A stretch of DNA of 63,135 nt, filler included, from Choristocarpus tenellus KU-1152 (Eukaryota; Protista; Phaeophyceae), in assembly GCA_964200185.2 (NCBI GenBank). It is 11 parts of 11 records of this genome, joined end to end, with 100 filler letters (N's around TTAATTAATTAA, not from the genome) between each part and the next. Parts side by side here need not be neighbours in the genome. Positions count along the whole stretch, not along the records: positions 21,048 to 31,037 come from CAXNAD020003223.1; positions 31,138 to 34,955 come from CAXNAD020017751.1; positions 35,056 to 39,896 come from CAXNAD020012841.1; positions 39,997 to 54,581 come from CAXNAD020001156.1; 7 more parts are not named here. One strand, given 5' to 3'. Both the position numbers and the translations under genes were made by a program. This document shows positions 26,234 to 40,711 of this stretch, piece after piece. The notes below the pieces were generated by a model that did not search any database, was not told the origin of the DNA, and saw only the letters and a list, made by a program, of their open reading frames with translations. Every line of letters begins with the position of its first letter. Position 1 is the first letter of the stretch.

Positions 26234-29200
26234 ATGACGAAACCTACCTGGGGGACACATAATGGATCTTCGGCTGTGCGACGCAATTGTGATCGCTGTG
26301 TACAGAAAAAGGTGATTTGTGATCGTGGGTTCACCTCCTACCTGCCAGTAGCATGGGGGAGGAGAAGGAGATTAAAAACTCATTGTATGTCATTTCTCGA
26401 TCCCTCGCGGAATCCGAACCCTGATCACTCGCACTATCAGATGTTGAAATGACAACGACACTTTTTTGATTCTTCCACCTGCACGTTGTCGCAGCAGTTG
26501 ATCGATCTACCCTACTGAGCCATATGAAATATCCAGTCCCTCAATATTCACCCTACCCACGTCCCTCACCCTCTTCTAAACCCACCCGCATACATCCTCC
26601 CTTCTCACAGGTTAAGTGCAGCGGTGACGCCTGCTGTATGATTTGCTCCCGAAAGGGACTAGAGTGTGTTTACTCTATTAAGAGGAAACCTGGGCCTAAG
26701 TCTCGCAAACGTGATGGGGATGGGAGTCCAATAGCTCCGCTACCTGGCGGTGGTGGCCCTCAATCCCCTTCGTATCCAGTACCCTCCCAACAAGTATCTC
26801 CATCTTTATTTATTTCCTTGGTGGACCCTCACTTGGATAATGAAAACAAGTCAAGATATACGCCACGAAAGCGGTGGAAGCGTACCAACCATGAGTGGAG
26901 CAAGACTCCAGTACGACAGCAGGTGAGGAAGAGGTACAGTAGCACGATTATAAAGAAGGGGGTGGTGTAGGTATTTTTAGATTTTATTTTCTGGTAGGGT
27001 GGGCAGGGGGGTGCTCCATATAAGTTTGTTGGAGTGATGGCATGATACCCTTTCAATTCTATACATCACTCCTGCGGTATGGGGGGTAGTTTTGTAAGTG
27101 GAAGGTGATAGTAGTGATGAGGGGAAACTTCAAGTGAGTCTGTTTCAGTGAGGGAATGGGGGCTTTTAAGATTCATAAATTACTGGCCTAGTACAAAGTG
27201 GAAGGGTTAAGGATTGGATGTCAATTATCCCAAGCCTTTTTCTCTCACACCAGCAATAGGTAGTGGTATGGATTGGTTATTATTGTGTCACTCCAAGAAT
27301 GGCACTTTGAGCTCCCCCCTGCCCAATTCACAATATTTCTTTCGTCAAACAAGATCACTGATTGATGGAGTGGCATTCTCTCACTCAAATCAGCTCACCT
27401 CAAAGCTCTCCGCCACCAGTTCACAAATACCCACTGAATCGATTGTTTTGTGTTGTGAATGTATATGTGCAATATTTGCTTGTGCTTCTCTCTTCCTTCT
27501 TGACAGAATGCATCGTATCTGTTGATAAGAGATTGTATCAAGAAATTCAGAGGGGGAGGGGGGTGGAGGGTGTGAAGGATTGATCTATGCTTCCATGTCA
27601 CCACCATACTTCCCTGCCTGTTTGTTTCTTACCTGCCCTGACTTCCCTCCCCACTCATAATTTTGTTGCGGTGCTCCTTGCAACTACCAGCCTACTCTCA
27701 CCTGCTTGTCACAGGAGTATGCCTGAGGGTCTGTGTACTCAAACAAGACGACGTTGCTGATACAGTCCTTGTTTCACTGTCTTTCCACAACTAACAATGC
27801 CCCCCCCACCCACCCACCCACCCCCCGCCTGTCCACACACAATGGTCTGCAGGATGTTGATGAGGAGGAGGATGATGGGACTTTGAAGCGATGGTTGTCC
27901 ATGGATGAATCCCAGTTAGTTTCCTCGCCCAACTCGATGCTGGGGAGGAGGGTCAGGATGAACGACGAAGTCCAAGTGCCAGTACAGGTCTCCCCCTCTA
28001 CTTCCCCGTTACCTCAATCTCCTCTGGCAAAGAACCCAGTGCGCCGCTATGCTCGGTACTCACGGAGGAAGAACAAGTTTGACTCTCCTGTTGATTCTCC
28101 CCTATCAGCGGCTGAAAAATCTCCAGCGAGCACAGTCTCTTCTTACAGCCCCACTCATCAGGTGGAGGATAGGGGTGGGGTGAGGGGCAAAGTCCTCAAG
28201 CAGGAAGAGTTTGCACTGGCGAAACTCTTTGAGAAGGTAGGGGAAGATAGAAATGTTGTATGGAAAAGGGAGAAATAAGGGGGATATGATTTACGATATT
28301 ACAAACATCTTACTGTGGACCTTTTTTTTCACCTTCTTCTTGTGTGTGTGTGTGTGTGATTTTTTTTCTTGTGATTTTTTGCCTTTTTTTTTTTGTTCTT
28401 TTGAGGGTAATGTCCTTGGTATGCACAGAGATTAACTAGGGAGCCCTCTTATTCCTCTCCTTCAATATTATATAGCCGTTGCACCACTTATTACTGTCAA
28501 CGTGCTCATCATCGGGGGGGCTTTTTTTTGTTTAATATCTACATATATATATATATATATTTCTGCACGCTTGCCGAGTTGAGCGCTTTTCTTCTTTTAC
28601 TATTAATTTCCATCAACCTTATATTACGTTTTTTTCTGGGGGGGTGGGGGGTGGGGGGGGGGAGTTCTTGTTGGATGTCTTCGTTCTTTTTCCAGCGCCC
28701 AATGCACCGAATTTCTTTTCTTTTCTTCTCCGCTAGTGCTCTACCTCTTACGATCATCAGTTTTACTGTGTGTATGGAAGAATTGTCCTTTTTTAATAAT
28801 TTAGTATGGCCACCCCAATCTGTCTCAACCTCTTGCTTTCACTTTATTTTGGGGTCTCTCGGTGATCTATTTTGGTCCTCTGTACAAAAAGGGGACATGT
28901 AGTTGCATGTAGAGATACTATAGTGGTGATTTCCCAGGTGGCAGGGGATGAATCTGTAACCCTGGTGCTTAGAGCATCTTACCATGGCTGTCATGTGTTG
29001 TCTTGACTACTGTTCTGTGCTTTAGTGCCTCTAGGCTTGTGGTGTTTGTGTTGATGTTTACTTTGCTGAATGAGAGAGGTTAGTGTGCGACACTAATAAT
29101 AATAAAATTTGTGCTATGAAAAGGTGGATTAGAGTTAGGGTTAGGGTTAGGGTTAGAATGGTCCCAGTCGTGATTGTGCATATATACGCCTTTGTGAATA

Positions 29201-30683
29201 GGTCGCATCTGATGATATGTTATAAAATTAATTCAGGGTGAAATTGTGCCTACTTTGTTTTACCAGACCAACTCATCACGCTATACACACACCACTGCCT
29301 GCAACAGTGTCCGGGTCAATGCTTGATATGATCCCTCACAGCAGGTTACACTTCCCCCCCCCCACCCCCCCCCCCCCCCCCTCCCCCCCTCCCCCCCCTC
29401 CCTTCCCCTCCCTCCCTCCCCCTTTTTTTTNNNNNNNNNNGCCTGCAACAGTGTCCGGGTCAATGCTTGATATGATCCCTCACAGCAGGTTACACTCCCC
29501 CCCCCCCCCTCCCCTCCTCTCTTTTTTTGTGTCATGCACCTTTGCAAACCTCCTTTTTTTGTGTTGTGGTTTGTGAAGGGCTTGGAGCGGCTAGAGCTAC
29601 CAGGACTTGCTGATGTGACCAAGCACCATTCCGCGACAGGGGTATGGGTGTCCTCTGCGTGCTCGACAGATGGGGAAGATTCCTGCTCTGATCAGGACAA
29701 TGTGAGTAAAAAGGATGAAAGAGATCAAGTGGGGAATCCCTACCCTCCTATCCCGCAAGTAACCCCTGGCACCATTGCGCACTGTGGTGCAACAAGTGGA
29801 TTTTGAGGGCGTGGATGGTGTGGATATCTGACATAGTTTTTTGGGGGGGTGATTTCTTTCTTCTTTGGGGTGTGTGTATAATGTGAATGAATATGTTTCT
29901 GAAATCCCACCTTCCGGTTCTTTCACCTTTCGGTAGGCATCTCAATGCAAAAATGGTGTGCCAAATCTTGTTGGCAGGACGATAGCGCTAGTCTTTTGCA
30001 GCATGCTGCATCTGCCTTACACTGCCAACAATTTCCTCTATGCTATCAAACCGCCACGCCCTCACCACCCACAGGTTTTTTACACAGAGGCAATCAACCA
30101 CTGGATCTTAACTCACTTTCCCACATGCTCAGACGCATGCCTCTAATCATGCTTGATCCCCATCCTTCCCTAACACTCTCTTTAGGGCAAGTTCCAACCA
30201 AGGATGGACCCGCTCTGTCTGCCTGACCCTCATCCGGGGTACCAGCAAAGTGTACTTCAAGGTGACAATACCTCTCACATAAACCGATTTGACACCGTTT
30301 CATTTATGATGGCTAGTGAGGGAGGCGTTTGTGACTCCGTGGCTGGCAGTCAGAGCTTGATCAGCGATGATGAAGGGTCTTGGCTGAAGGGGATCAATGC
30401 TGGGCTTGGAAGTCCTGGTGCGTTCTTGGGCAGGGGGTTAGCGAGTGGGGGACAGGGTAACGGGCTCACCCAGGAACCCACTGGAATTTTTGACCCTGTC
30501 CCAGCAGCCCTCAATGGTGGGTTTTGTGAGGAAGAGCCGGTGAAGCTGAGCAAGGAAGTAGAAGACCTGGAGATCTTCTCCGGCTTGGGTGCTTTCCCTG
30601 GGGAACCCAAGGGCTCTTTTTGCGGGTTGATGTTGTCTCTGGCAAGCCCCACGAAGTTTCATGATGATGGAAGTAGGTATTAA
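26234..30683 (+). CDS. Zn(II)2Cys6 (GAL4-like) binuclear-cluster transcription factor; exons 26234-26311, 26611-26922, 27853-28236, 29579-29701, 30186-~30683
   Basis: Splicing yields RRNCDRCVQKK|VKCSGDACCMICSRKGLECVYSIKRKPGPK, which fits C-x2-C-x6-C-x5-C-x2-C-x6-C. All four introns are phase-0 GT-AG. The C-terminal region is Ser/Pro-rich and acidic. Confidence 0.88.
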
Positions 30684-33600
30684 AAGTTGTGAGTTTTTGT
30701 TGTATGTGTGTGTGTGTGTGTGTGTGTGTTTTTTTTTTTTTGTCCAGAAAGGCACCAAAGATAAGAGATTGGTGTAGTGAGAGGTGTATGTGTGGTGATG
30801 GGCGATTCCTTGTGTGCAGTAGATAGAGCAAAGTGTGTTCCATTGTACCCAATAGGGGTTTGGAAAGGGGCGGATTACATTCTTAGGTGTTTGCCCAGGA
30901 ACTTGATGGTGATTCCATTATAGAAGGTTCCGGTAGAGGTATGCTCTTGTGCAACACAAGGTAGGCCGATCGGGGGAAGAGGGGGGGGGGAGGGGGGGTT
31001 CTGACTCAAGGGAGAGTGTTTGCAACCCCCCTGGTACNNNNNNNNNNNNNNNNNNNNNNNNNNNNNNNNNNNNNNNNNNNNTTAATTAATTAANNNNNNN
31101 NNNNNNNNNNNNNNNNNNNNNNNNNNNNNNNNNNNNNCCACCCCCCCCCCCCCCCCCCCCCCTCCCCACCTATATTCCCCCCCCCCCCCCCAAAAAAAAA
31201 AGTAATGGTTGTCTTGCAGCTCTCTTCGTTTCCTTGATGACTGTACTCCAAGGGAAAAAAACATATTAGTCTTACAACAAACTCAGTGGAAAAAAATATA
31301 TCCACGAAAACGTCACTACAAGTATCAATCGCCTTCGAAGTCTAACCAAATCACGGCAATTCAAGCGTTTCAAATATGTGACGGTCACCGCCTCCCTTCA
31401 ACAAGGAACAGGAGACAGGTCAGTTAGCCACCCACATAAACCCACATCCACGCTACTCCACATGAGGAAAGGCACACACACACACACACACACACGTGAC
31501 ACTCCCAAAGTTGCACCTCCAGGTTCCACAGAAGCTGAGTTGCCTTGATCCCTGTGATACCCACTTCCCCCAGCCTACCCCTGTTTACGAGCGAGATCAG
31601 AACACTCCCCGTGATCCTTCGTTCTCTGACAGTGTACATTACCTGCACAATGTTCCCCCCCAAGAGATACAATCAAAGACATGGGTATCATTGTTGCAAC
31701 AAGGGGGGGAAGGGGGGGGTACAAGGTGAGAGGGAGGAAGGGGAGGGAACATGGGGATGGGGATGGCCATATGATGTCTGTTTACGTGTTAATAAGTATG
31801 GGTTGATATATGCAGTGTGATGACAAGAGCCACAAAAAGATACATGCGCGTATATACATGCTATTAAACCTGATACAATATTATTTTTGGTTGCTTTTGC
31901 TCTCCCTCAAGCAGAGTGGATGAGTTCGAATGTTCTATCTATCACTAAAGGGGAAGGGGAAACAGTTCAGGAAGTGCAGCTCCCCCTTGCTGTAGACTGT
32001 AGTTTTCTAAAATACCAAACAATCTTGCATTGATTTGCTACAAATTTAGAATTAGCTCATTTTGCTGCGCGATTGGTGAGCCACAATTATCATATCGGGC
32101 AATCGCTCCCCACTCTTTGCAGCTCGATCCAGTCAACTCTCCTGCAAACACGTCCAGTTCATCTTTCTAACAATGACCCCATTCTAAGCGCTCGTGAAGG
32201 TGCTCTGTTCACGACCTACATAAAAGACGCTCCTCGACTGTATTAATCATATTTAGAATGCGAAGCATATCTTTCCATCGAACACATCCTTCAGGCTGTG
32301 GGCAGGGACTTTCTACTTGTTTAATGCTGGACTCCAGTTTTTGATCATGTTCCAGTACTCCACACAGATACTGCCAAACATAGTTTCATCGATGTGCCTA
32401 TTCTTGAAGGTATTGAAGACCAACTTGTACCGTTTAGCCAACATCGACCGGGAATTAATCAGCACACACACAACTTGGCTATCCCACTACCACGAACCCC
32501 ACCCATCCCTAATTTCGGGTAGAATAACAAAGCTCCTTAGCGGATCTTCTTTAGACCTGAAGCAACAAATGTGGGGTACCACGAAGAAAGTCCAAGGAAA
32601 ACACTTTACACTGAAGATCAATGCCACAGGCCCACGAATCCTTCATTGAGAACATGCAAGCAGAACAAACAGAGCAACAAACTTTCCCTAGTTACGTAGT
32701 CGAACAGCATGTGAGTAACTAAAGACTGCAACGCCAGAAGGTCACGTATCTCTCACCCTCAGATCGAAATTCATTGCCGCGAACCATTTGCAGATCTCTT
32801 CTACTTCCCAATAGATCAAACTCCTTTTGACAGGGATGTTGACAAGTGTGGGGCCCTCCATCGTGTGAGTCACACACTACCGACCCAGGTAGGGCCCCAA
32901 AAGCTAGACCTCTCTCTTGACCAACAGCCTTTGCGAATGCAAGGACTACAAGTTCATGCACAGTGGATACTTGGCGATCTGTGGATAAGGATGATCGCTA
33001 GTATTAACCTCTCGGATGAGCGGTCCAAAGACAGGACTTTGATGTGCAATTAGAGTGGCAGAGGTACGACTACTACTGCTTAACACAAAAAACAGAGATG
33101 GTGTTTGAGGTCAACTTGTCTGTTCCTTTTCATTCAATAATCTTTTGTTGAATGTAAACGTCCAACAACTCAAATTTCATTGATACTTACTATAGAGGTT
33201 ATTGTTTCTTAGTAGTGAATGGACGATGTTCCCTCAATAATTTTCGAATTTCAAGGATTACAGGTTATTGTAGTACTGTAGTTCGTTTCATAGAAATCTA
33301 GTTACGCATAATCAGAATTCCATGTGGCAACCCTTACAAAGTTGGAAATACAGAACTTATCTAATATATCCTATACGTTACGTCTTGGTATAAAAATGTT
33401 GAACCAAGAACGAGGTGCGAAGGTTGCATTACGAGGTGATGCTAAGTGAGGTCCAGCAAATATTTGAGAGAGGATAGGCAGGGGGAGGACCAGTGAGATG
33501 GCTGAATCCAACACAGGAGAAGCAAGGACACGAACAGAGCCAACACAATTTAGATATTTGCAACAATAGGGCTATCGTTTGAACTATGTAGTCACGATAG

Positions 33601-35055
33601 TGGTTTGTATGAGATGTTTTGTGTATATACATACATATCGCCGCAGGACAGTGCCGACACAGTCCTAGACGAAAAAGTGTATACAGATAGTAATATTCTT
33701 GCATTTTTCCCCTGTTCCAGTGTTCAGTATCCATATTATGTACCCAAGAGAATATCACAACAACAACAAAAAGCTCTAGTCTCAGAACTATCCCAACCGT
33801 GGTCAGAAGCAGTACACCTGTGAACTACTTTTGGTGCAACATTCTTGTGGAATAGCAAAAAATAGGATAGTGATGTAGATACAGATATACAATCAGTAGT
33901 GGTTGTCACGTACGAGGGCGGCAGATACTCGACACTAGCTTTCCATTAAAAAAAAACATTAGCTTTTTTTCGTTTACTCTGTGAGTTGTTTTTCTTCTGT
34001 TCAATCTAGGGACTGTCTCGACCCATGGTCAAAAGCACTACAAACTGCCCTACACTCTCATACCGCTAACTAATGTAACTCTTGTACTATGACTAATTGT
34101 AGTGCCTCCATTCGTGGCTTGCTTCTTGCACGTTGGGTTCAGCCATCTCACCAGTCGACGCTCCACCTCTTCCCTTGAACCTTGTGCTGGACCCACCTCA
34201 GCATCATCCAGCAATTGAATTCTTGGTGCTTCGGTCTTGGTCTAGCGATTACGTTGTATGGCGACAGATGTGATGATACAGGGGTACAATCCATTGGTTT
34301 GCCTTGCCACGTGCAATTTGGTCATCAAGACCAAATTTTCAGTAATAGAAGTCTGGCAGTGACGAATGGGGTTCAAGTCCACAAAATCATTCAGGGAGAA
34401 GGCTCCTTCAATCACTTCAATCACGAGGACACTGCTAGTATTAACGAAACTTAACAAGAAATGAGTAGCACACACAGATAGATGTGGGTTCTTCATCTCC
34501 ATGGGGTAAAAACTCAAACACAAACACAATGCTATACGGACACCAGTGGATTGTGTTGGAAGCACAACACCACATGAGGCAATCCATAAAAAAGTACCTT
34601 GAAGTAATACACACCTCCAAACATACATTTATACATCCCTCGATGTTTGCATTAACTTAGAATGTTCGGGTATATCAGGCCTAGATTTTGACGTTGTCCA
34701 TTTCAAAGATTTTTTATCGTGGGCAGTGGATACAATCTGGTATACACATCCAGTTTGGCAAGGTCCCGGTACAGGTGGAACCCAACTTCTACAACAAGTG
34801 TTTTTGGGGTTTGAGCTTACTGCAAAATGCTGCTTCACCCTTTCTGCCCTGTAAGGGTCGGGTATGACTCAAAGTATCTGGGGGGGGAGGGGTCTACACC
34901 ATGGTGTCCATTTGGGCCCTGACCAGGAAAAGTGTTACAGGTGAATAGCGCGGGCNNNNNNNNNNNNNNNNNNNNNNNNNNNNNNNNNNNNNNNNNNNNT
35001 TAATTAATTAANNNNNNNNNNNNNNNNNNNNNNNNNNNNNNNNNNNNNNNNNNNN

Positions 35056-35618
35056 CAACACCACTGCATGCACCAGGTGTGCAGGAAGTGAAAGAGCCGG
35101 TGAAGAAGATAGGAGTCACAAAGGGCGCAGATGCAGTGATGAACCCAAAGAAATCAGAGGGAGGGGTAGGATCAACACCACTGCATGCACCAGGTGTGCA
35201 GGAAGTGAAAGAGCCGGTGAAGGAGATAGGAGTCACAAAGGGCGCAGATGCAGTGATGAACCCAAAGAAATCAGAGGGAGGGGTAGGATCAACACCACTG
35301 CACGCACCAGGTGTGCAGGAAGTGAAAGAACCGGTGAAGGAGATAGGAGTTGCAAAGGGGGCAGATGCAGTGATGGACCCAAAGCAATCAGAGGGAGGGG
35401 TAGGATCAACACCACTGCACGCACCAGGTGTGCAGGAAGTGAAAGAGCCGGTGAAGGAGATAGGAGCCACGAAGGGGGCAGATGCAGTGATGGACCCAAA
35501 GAAATCAGAGGGAGGGGTAGGATCAACACCACTGCATGCAACAGGTGTGCAGGAAGTGAAAGAGCCGGTGAAGAAGATAGGAGTCACAAAGGGGGCAGAT
35601 GCAGTGATGGACCCAAAG
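35056..35618 (+). repeat. 117-bp tandem repeat, ~4.8 copies
   Basis: CAACACCACTGCA recurs at 35056, 35173, 35290, 35407 and 35524. Confidence 0.97.
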
Positions 35619-36350
35619 AGAGTTCCTTTGGAGAAGGGTTCGGAGAAACCGGCTGTCAGAGTGATAGCAGTGGAGAGGGAGACAACTGTGGATGCAACGG
35701 AGGTGATGGCAGAGGCCGCAGTGAGTGCGGCAGCTGATACAACAGCAGAGTGGACAGCCGAGTGGGCAACAGAGGCAGTATCAGAGATGTCGGTGAAAGC
35801 ATCAAGAACAGAAGCAGCAGCAGTGGCGCATCCAGTGATGCCATTGAGACCAGCGCCACTCAAGCGCAAGTGTGATGAGGTGGCGAGTGCAGTGCCTATG
35901 ACAAACTGTTGCAAGGAAAGGAGAGTTTCAGGGCAACAAGCAGTTGCTGGTGCAGCCTGCAAGGTGGTGGATACCAGAGCAGAGGGAACTGCTCCCGCTG
36001 CTCCTGGAGCTGAGGCATGGGAAGAAGCTACGGGTCAGGGGTCACTTAGGGTGACCACAGGCGTGTCGCAAGAGAGCAGAGAGGGTCAGGAGGAGGCAGT
36101 GGGGCGGACAGGTACTGGGTTCTCACAGGTTGACATTAAGGCAACACAAGCAGCAGGGGCAGGGCAGGCAGGGCGGGCAGCAAGGGGAGCAGGTGAGGTG
36201 GTGACAACATCACCAATAGCATCAGCAGCACCACCTGGGGTAGGGCTCCCAACTACTGCTGACAAGGCCTCTGGTCAAGTGATTCCGAAACCCAAAGAGG
36301 GGGTCTTGGAGACGGGATCTGAAGACACCGAGGTGATCCCCATAGTTTAA
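35056..36350 (+). CDS. Low-complexity protein segment with 39-aa tandem repeats, 5'-truncated by the contig end
   Basis: About 1.3 kb open frame, purine-rich, rich in E/K/A/G/V. Confidence 0.55.
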
Positions 36351-37231
36351 GGTTTGAAGAGTCACGTTCTTGTCTTTTTTTCAGTTTGACAAGGTCCTCC
36401 ATGCCCGTTGAATATGTAGGTGTCCTGTCTCGCTATCCATCTTCATATGGTTCATGACTTTGCCTGTGTGGTTCTCTCTCCCTAACATATGCAGTGAACC
36501 ACCAAGCATGTATTAATGGGGTTTTTTGTCGTGGGTGATTATCTTTTTGATAGCTCGTGCGGTATCGTGCGGCCCTGCCACTTAACGATTTTCTTAGTGT
36601 GGTAAGATCATTCATAGGTAGAATCGATCCAGTTACACCCCCATCACATACCAAATAAACGTGTCGAGGATCACCTTTTGAGAGAATGGTAGGAAATCAA
36701 GGGGCTAGAGTCTCTACCTACTGGCGGGTAAATTGGAAACGTTCACCTATGGTTGTTCTGATCCTCCTTCTCATCCCCTTTCTCATGTTCAATTCTAGAG
36801 TTGTAACCAAACGTTTAAACATGTGCAGTACTGCGATGCTATGCAGGGAGTATTCTGAAGCATTTGCTAACCTTTCCTTTTGTATTTGCCCAACGGACAT
36901 TATTATTCACATTATTGAACTGTCCTCTCCACTTCTTCAGTCCCCTCCCTTTCTTGCGAAATAGTCCATGTGTACACCACAGTGCCTTCAAGATAGAAGT
37001 CTGCATGTGTTTGTTATTAGTTACTTCACAAGAGAGTATCAAGTATTGGGCTGATATAATGAGACTTTATCCATCTCTCTGCAATCAAATATAGCGTTTA
37101 GCTATCTTGGTTGGCAGAAGAACAGAGTTTGCATATTTTTTCCTCTCGCGATTGGTCAACTACACATTTCTGGCCCATGGGGTGTCGCATGGTAATCCCA
37201 CTACCTTCGAATCACCTTAGCATCATCAAAT

Positions 37232-37325
37232 GAGCCAAGTTATCTTAGAGGGCAGAGTCGCGTCCATTTTGGGGCCAAAGTCCAATGTTGCAATTCTGAT
37301 GTAATTTTGGCTATTGTGTTGAGAT
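37232..37325. mobile_element. Truncated MITE, family A
   Basis: GAGCCAAGTTATCTTAGAGGGCAGAGTCGCGTCCATTTTGGGGCCAAAGTCCAATGTTGC matches the left end of the 58260 copy. Confidence 0.75.
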
Positions 37326-38295
37326 GAAGGAACACAGGGTTGTACACATTCAGAAATGATAGGCATAGAAGTTCCAATTGAATATTTGATGTATGTTGAA
37401 CTGGCCATGCATACATGTTGTACACAAGAGCTGTATATAGTGTGGTGTACGCAGTCCTGCTTTTCCTCCCATTTGGTTTGCTCCTTTGACCCAAACCCAT
37501 GTGCTCCGATGACTTAGATGTTTACTCCACCCCCACCGTGAATCCCTGCCATCACAGTTATCGTCAAGGCAACCAAAATCGCGACACCTGATTGCCTGTG
37601 AAAAACCAGAGCGACAATTTGAAAACCCTCTGGATGGCTACATGGCACTTGTGGGTCAGATGAATAAGGTACGAATCGACTTGCCTCGAAAGGTAAAGGC
37701 TTATCGAAACCTTTGTGGTATCCGACACTACATAGTGGCCTGTCAAGTGGAAGTAAATTAGCCCACCAATTTCGGATTTCATGTCAAGAACAGTATGAGA
37801 ATGTACTGTTGCTGCAATGTGGTGCTTTGATCCTCTCCGTAAAACAAGATAATGGCGAAGGAAAACACAAAACTCACCCATCTGAATCATTCCGTGTGCT
37901 GTCAAGATACGTTAATATATTCTTCCGTTTTTTCGTGCTCATGACCCAATCCCTGTTGTACTGGAAGTGCGACGCATTGGAATGAGGGAGTGAGCTAGCC
38001 GTGATCACTTTGTGTCTGTGTTTTAACTCGGAAAGTAGAGAGATTCGGTCGAGGTGCTGGAACCTGGTGATCTTTTTCTCGCATGTGATAGAGAAACTCG
38101 TGAGAGGAGATTGAGAGAGGAATTGTTCCTACAGTGCGAAATTCGTGAGGGTTGTTGCTTTCGATGTTTAAGTGCTTCTAGTCAGGGAGGCATCTCTGCG
38201 ACCGACCATAGACCTTTAGGCTGTAGACCAACGTGAGTTGAACTGATCTCAAAGAGATTATTGAAGACGCTTGTCCTATCTCTTCGATCTACAAC

Positions 38296-38470
38296 CCTTG
38301 CTGACCAAACTTTTATTACAGGGTGCGGAATGGTTTTTGACATGCAAAGGATACCTGGTAGTCTCAAGTAGGTCACTGAAGACACTAGTCCTAGTCTTCG
38401 AACTACCTTGCTGACCAAACTTTTATTGCAGGGTGCGGAATCATTTTTGACATGCAAGTAATACCTGGTA
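38296..38470. repeat. ~65-bp direct repeat at 110-bp spacing
   Basis: CCTTGCTGACCAAACTTTTATT.CAGGGTGCGGAAT...TTTTGACATGCAA...ATACCTGGTA at 38296 and 38406. Confidence 0.85.
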
Positions 38471-40215
38471 ATCTGCATCAAGCTTGGGTTGAAAAATGTG
38501 AACCAGCGCCAGAAAGGATTTCGATGCTAAGAGCACAGTAAGGATATAGACCAGTGGCTAGGGTAGCTTGTGTCTCCAGAAGTTGACAGTACTGTGTCGA
38601 AGGTATGAGATGAATACAGATTTTGAAGCCACTGATATGCATGGGACAAAGGATCAACATACATCACTGGATCCCTTGGAGACTGGTGGCATACAATTTC
38701 TTGACGAAAGTATAGCACCTACACTGCAGCATTTTGTCATGTACTGTGCCATGCGGTGAGCTAAAAATACGATTAGGGGAGAGCAGAGGTTTCTGCTCGC
38801 TGGTAGAAGGGCAGATCTAAGGAAGTAAGTGTAGAAGTGATACAGCTGTCGGAACTGAAGAAAATGAAAGAAATCAATGACAAGGTGAACCATTGAATGT
38901 ATACCCTATAAATGTATATTAGAGGTATACCTTATAGTGTCACACCAAACCTTATATTTTCCCCCCTATCGTACATGGTTACATGGGTTGGATCAACAGA
39001 TTGTCGGTTGACTGAGGGAATCTCCTATTCTTCCTCAAAATCGACGCGCTGTTGATTTTTTTACTGTAGTTACTTCCATGGACAGATGTCTTTGCGCCAT
39101 TGGAAAAAAAATCGCCCCGTGTCAAAATCAGAACCCTCAGTAAAATGTCTAAAAGGACGAGAGAGAGTTTATCCATACTTGGGGGTGCAGGATTGCGAAA
39201 GGGCGATAATGATGAGCACATATGAATAGCGCCAAGTACATGAAATATTTGGATTCGTACTGACTGTCACTAAACAGGATGGGGTTTTATGGGCGTGTAC
39301 GAAATTGAGAGATATGATTGAATTGAACTGGGTTATTGCTGGGTGAACTTCTCCAAAATATATTTTGTACCCACAACTTCAGCATGTTTCACTTTTGAAT
39401 AGGTGCAAGGCTTCAACATGGATCAGCTCACCTCTATCATGAAGGCAGTTCGAGACGTGGAGGTACGTTTTTTATTTAGATTGGAGTCTTGGGACATCGG
39501 GATCATGGGAAATCTGCCCTGGGCTTTGGTGCTGTAGCAACAATTTGAACGTCGTATTCGATGGGATTGGTATACTTAATTTGGCAATCAAAGAGAGTCA
39601 AAGGGGATCTTAGGCAGTCTATCCGTCCCTACTGGTGCTGATCCTGATCCAAATTGTTACACAAGCTTTTTCCTGGACTCCCGCAGTCGCATTTTTTTTA
39701 CCACCCTGTGTATATTGTAGCACCCTTGCCTCTGACTAGGGTCCAATCAGTCTCTTAGAACAGTGCAAGCAGCACTGCCCAATGCAATATGGCGTTGATT
39801 TCAGTTTCAGACTGGACTACGTTTGTTAGCAAATGTTCGTGGTTCTTTTCCTACATATTTTTTTATATGATTCAAAGACTCAAAGTATCTGAGGGGNNNN
39901 NNNNNNNNNNNNNNNNNNNNNNNNNNNNNNNNNNNNNNNNTTAATTAATTAANNNNNNNNNNNNNNNNNNNNNNNNNNNNNNNNNNNNNNNNNNNNCCCC
40001 CACCCTCACCCCCCTTCGCAAGCAGCACATATGGCAAGAAAAGTACTGTCGAACAATAGTCTTGACATACGCATACACCCTGTTTCATGCTGTAGATTGT
40101 TATCAAATCATACAACAACGCCATCGCTTTGATCATGTTGATGTTTACGGTAGTGTGGCATGTGCTGGCACCCACTATGGTAGGAGTTAGCTAGGTAACA
40201 ATTAGAACAAAAAAA

Positions 40216-40255
<40 letters not shown>

Positions 40256-40711
40256 AAATAAATAAGTACTGGGCTGCAAAACATACAAGTAAAAAAGGTT
40301 AAAACATACAAATTTTGAATACCACCACCAAAGCACCATCCACTCTAGAGGTGGAACCAAATATCCACCAGAGGTGACTCAACTGTGTGCTTCAGTGCTA
40401 GGTACATATTCTGGTGCGTTTCGTGTGCAATAGGGTTAGGGTTAGGTATGCAATAGGTGTGCAACCTCAATGGGACACACCTCGCCATCACAATCTTGTA
40501 AAAAAAATTATCTGACGCAAAATACTCCGCTCTGCTGTTGACAATTCCTACGGGTAATCGATTTTGTCAAGATGATCAAATGCCAGCGGTACACACTAGG
40601 ACTCCGCTCTCTAGTCCTCTTAACGGTTCATGCGTGGGTACCCTACCGACACAGAAGAAACAACCTCACACAACTATGACTAGAAACACCATTCACAAAA
40701 GCAGACCCCAC

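Noticed and set aside
29298-29505. Exact ~60-bp duplication around a 10-N gap
   Set aside because: Identical sequence on both sides of a gap next to poly-C most likely reflects an unmerged assembly overlap.
31900-34500. Stop-ridden coding-like stretches; similar ones at 2460-2940, 3077-3720, 23275-24850, 36430-38900, 43000-45400 and 49500-52500
   Set aside because: They look like decayed TE or viral sequence, but I recognised no diagnostic motif, so no call is made.
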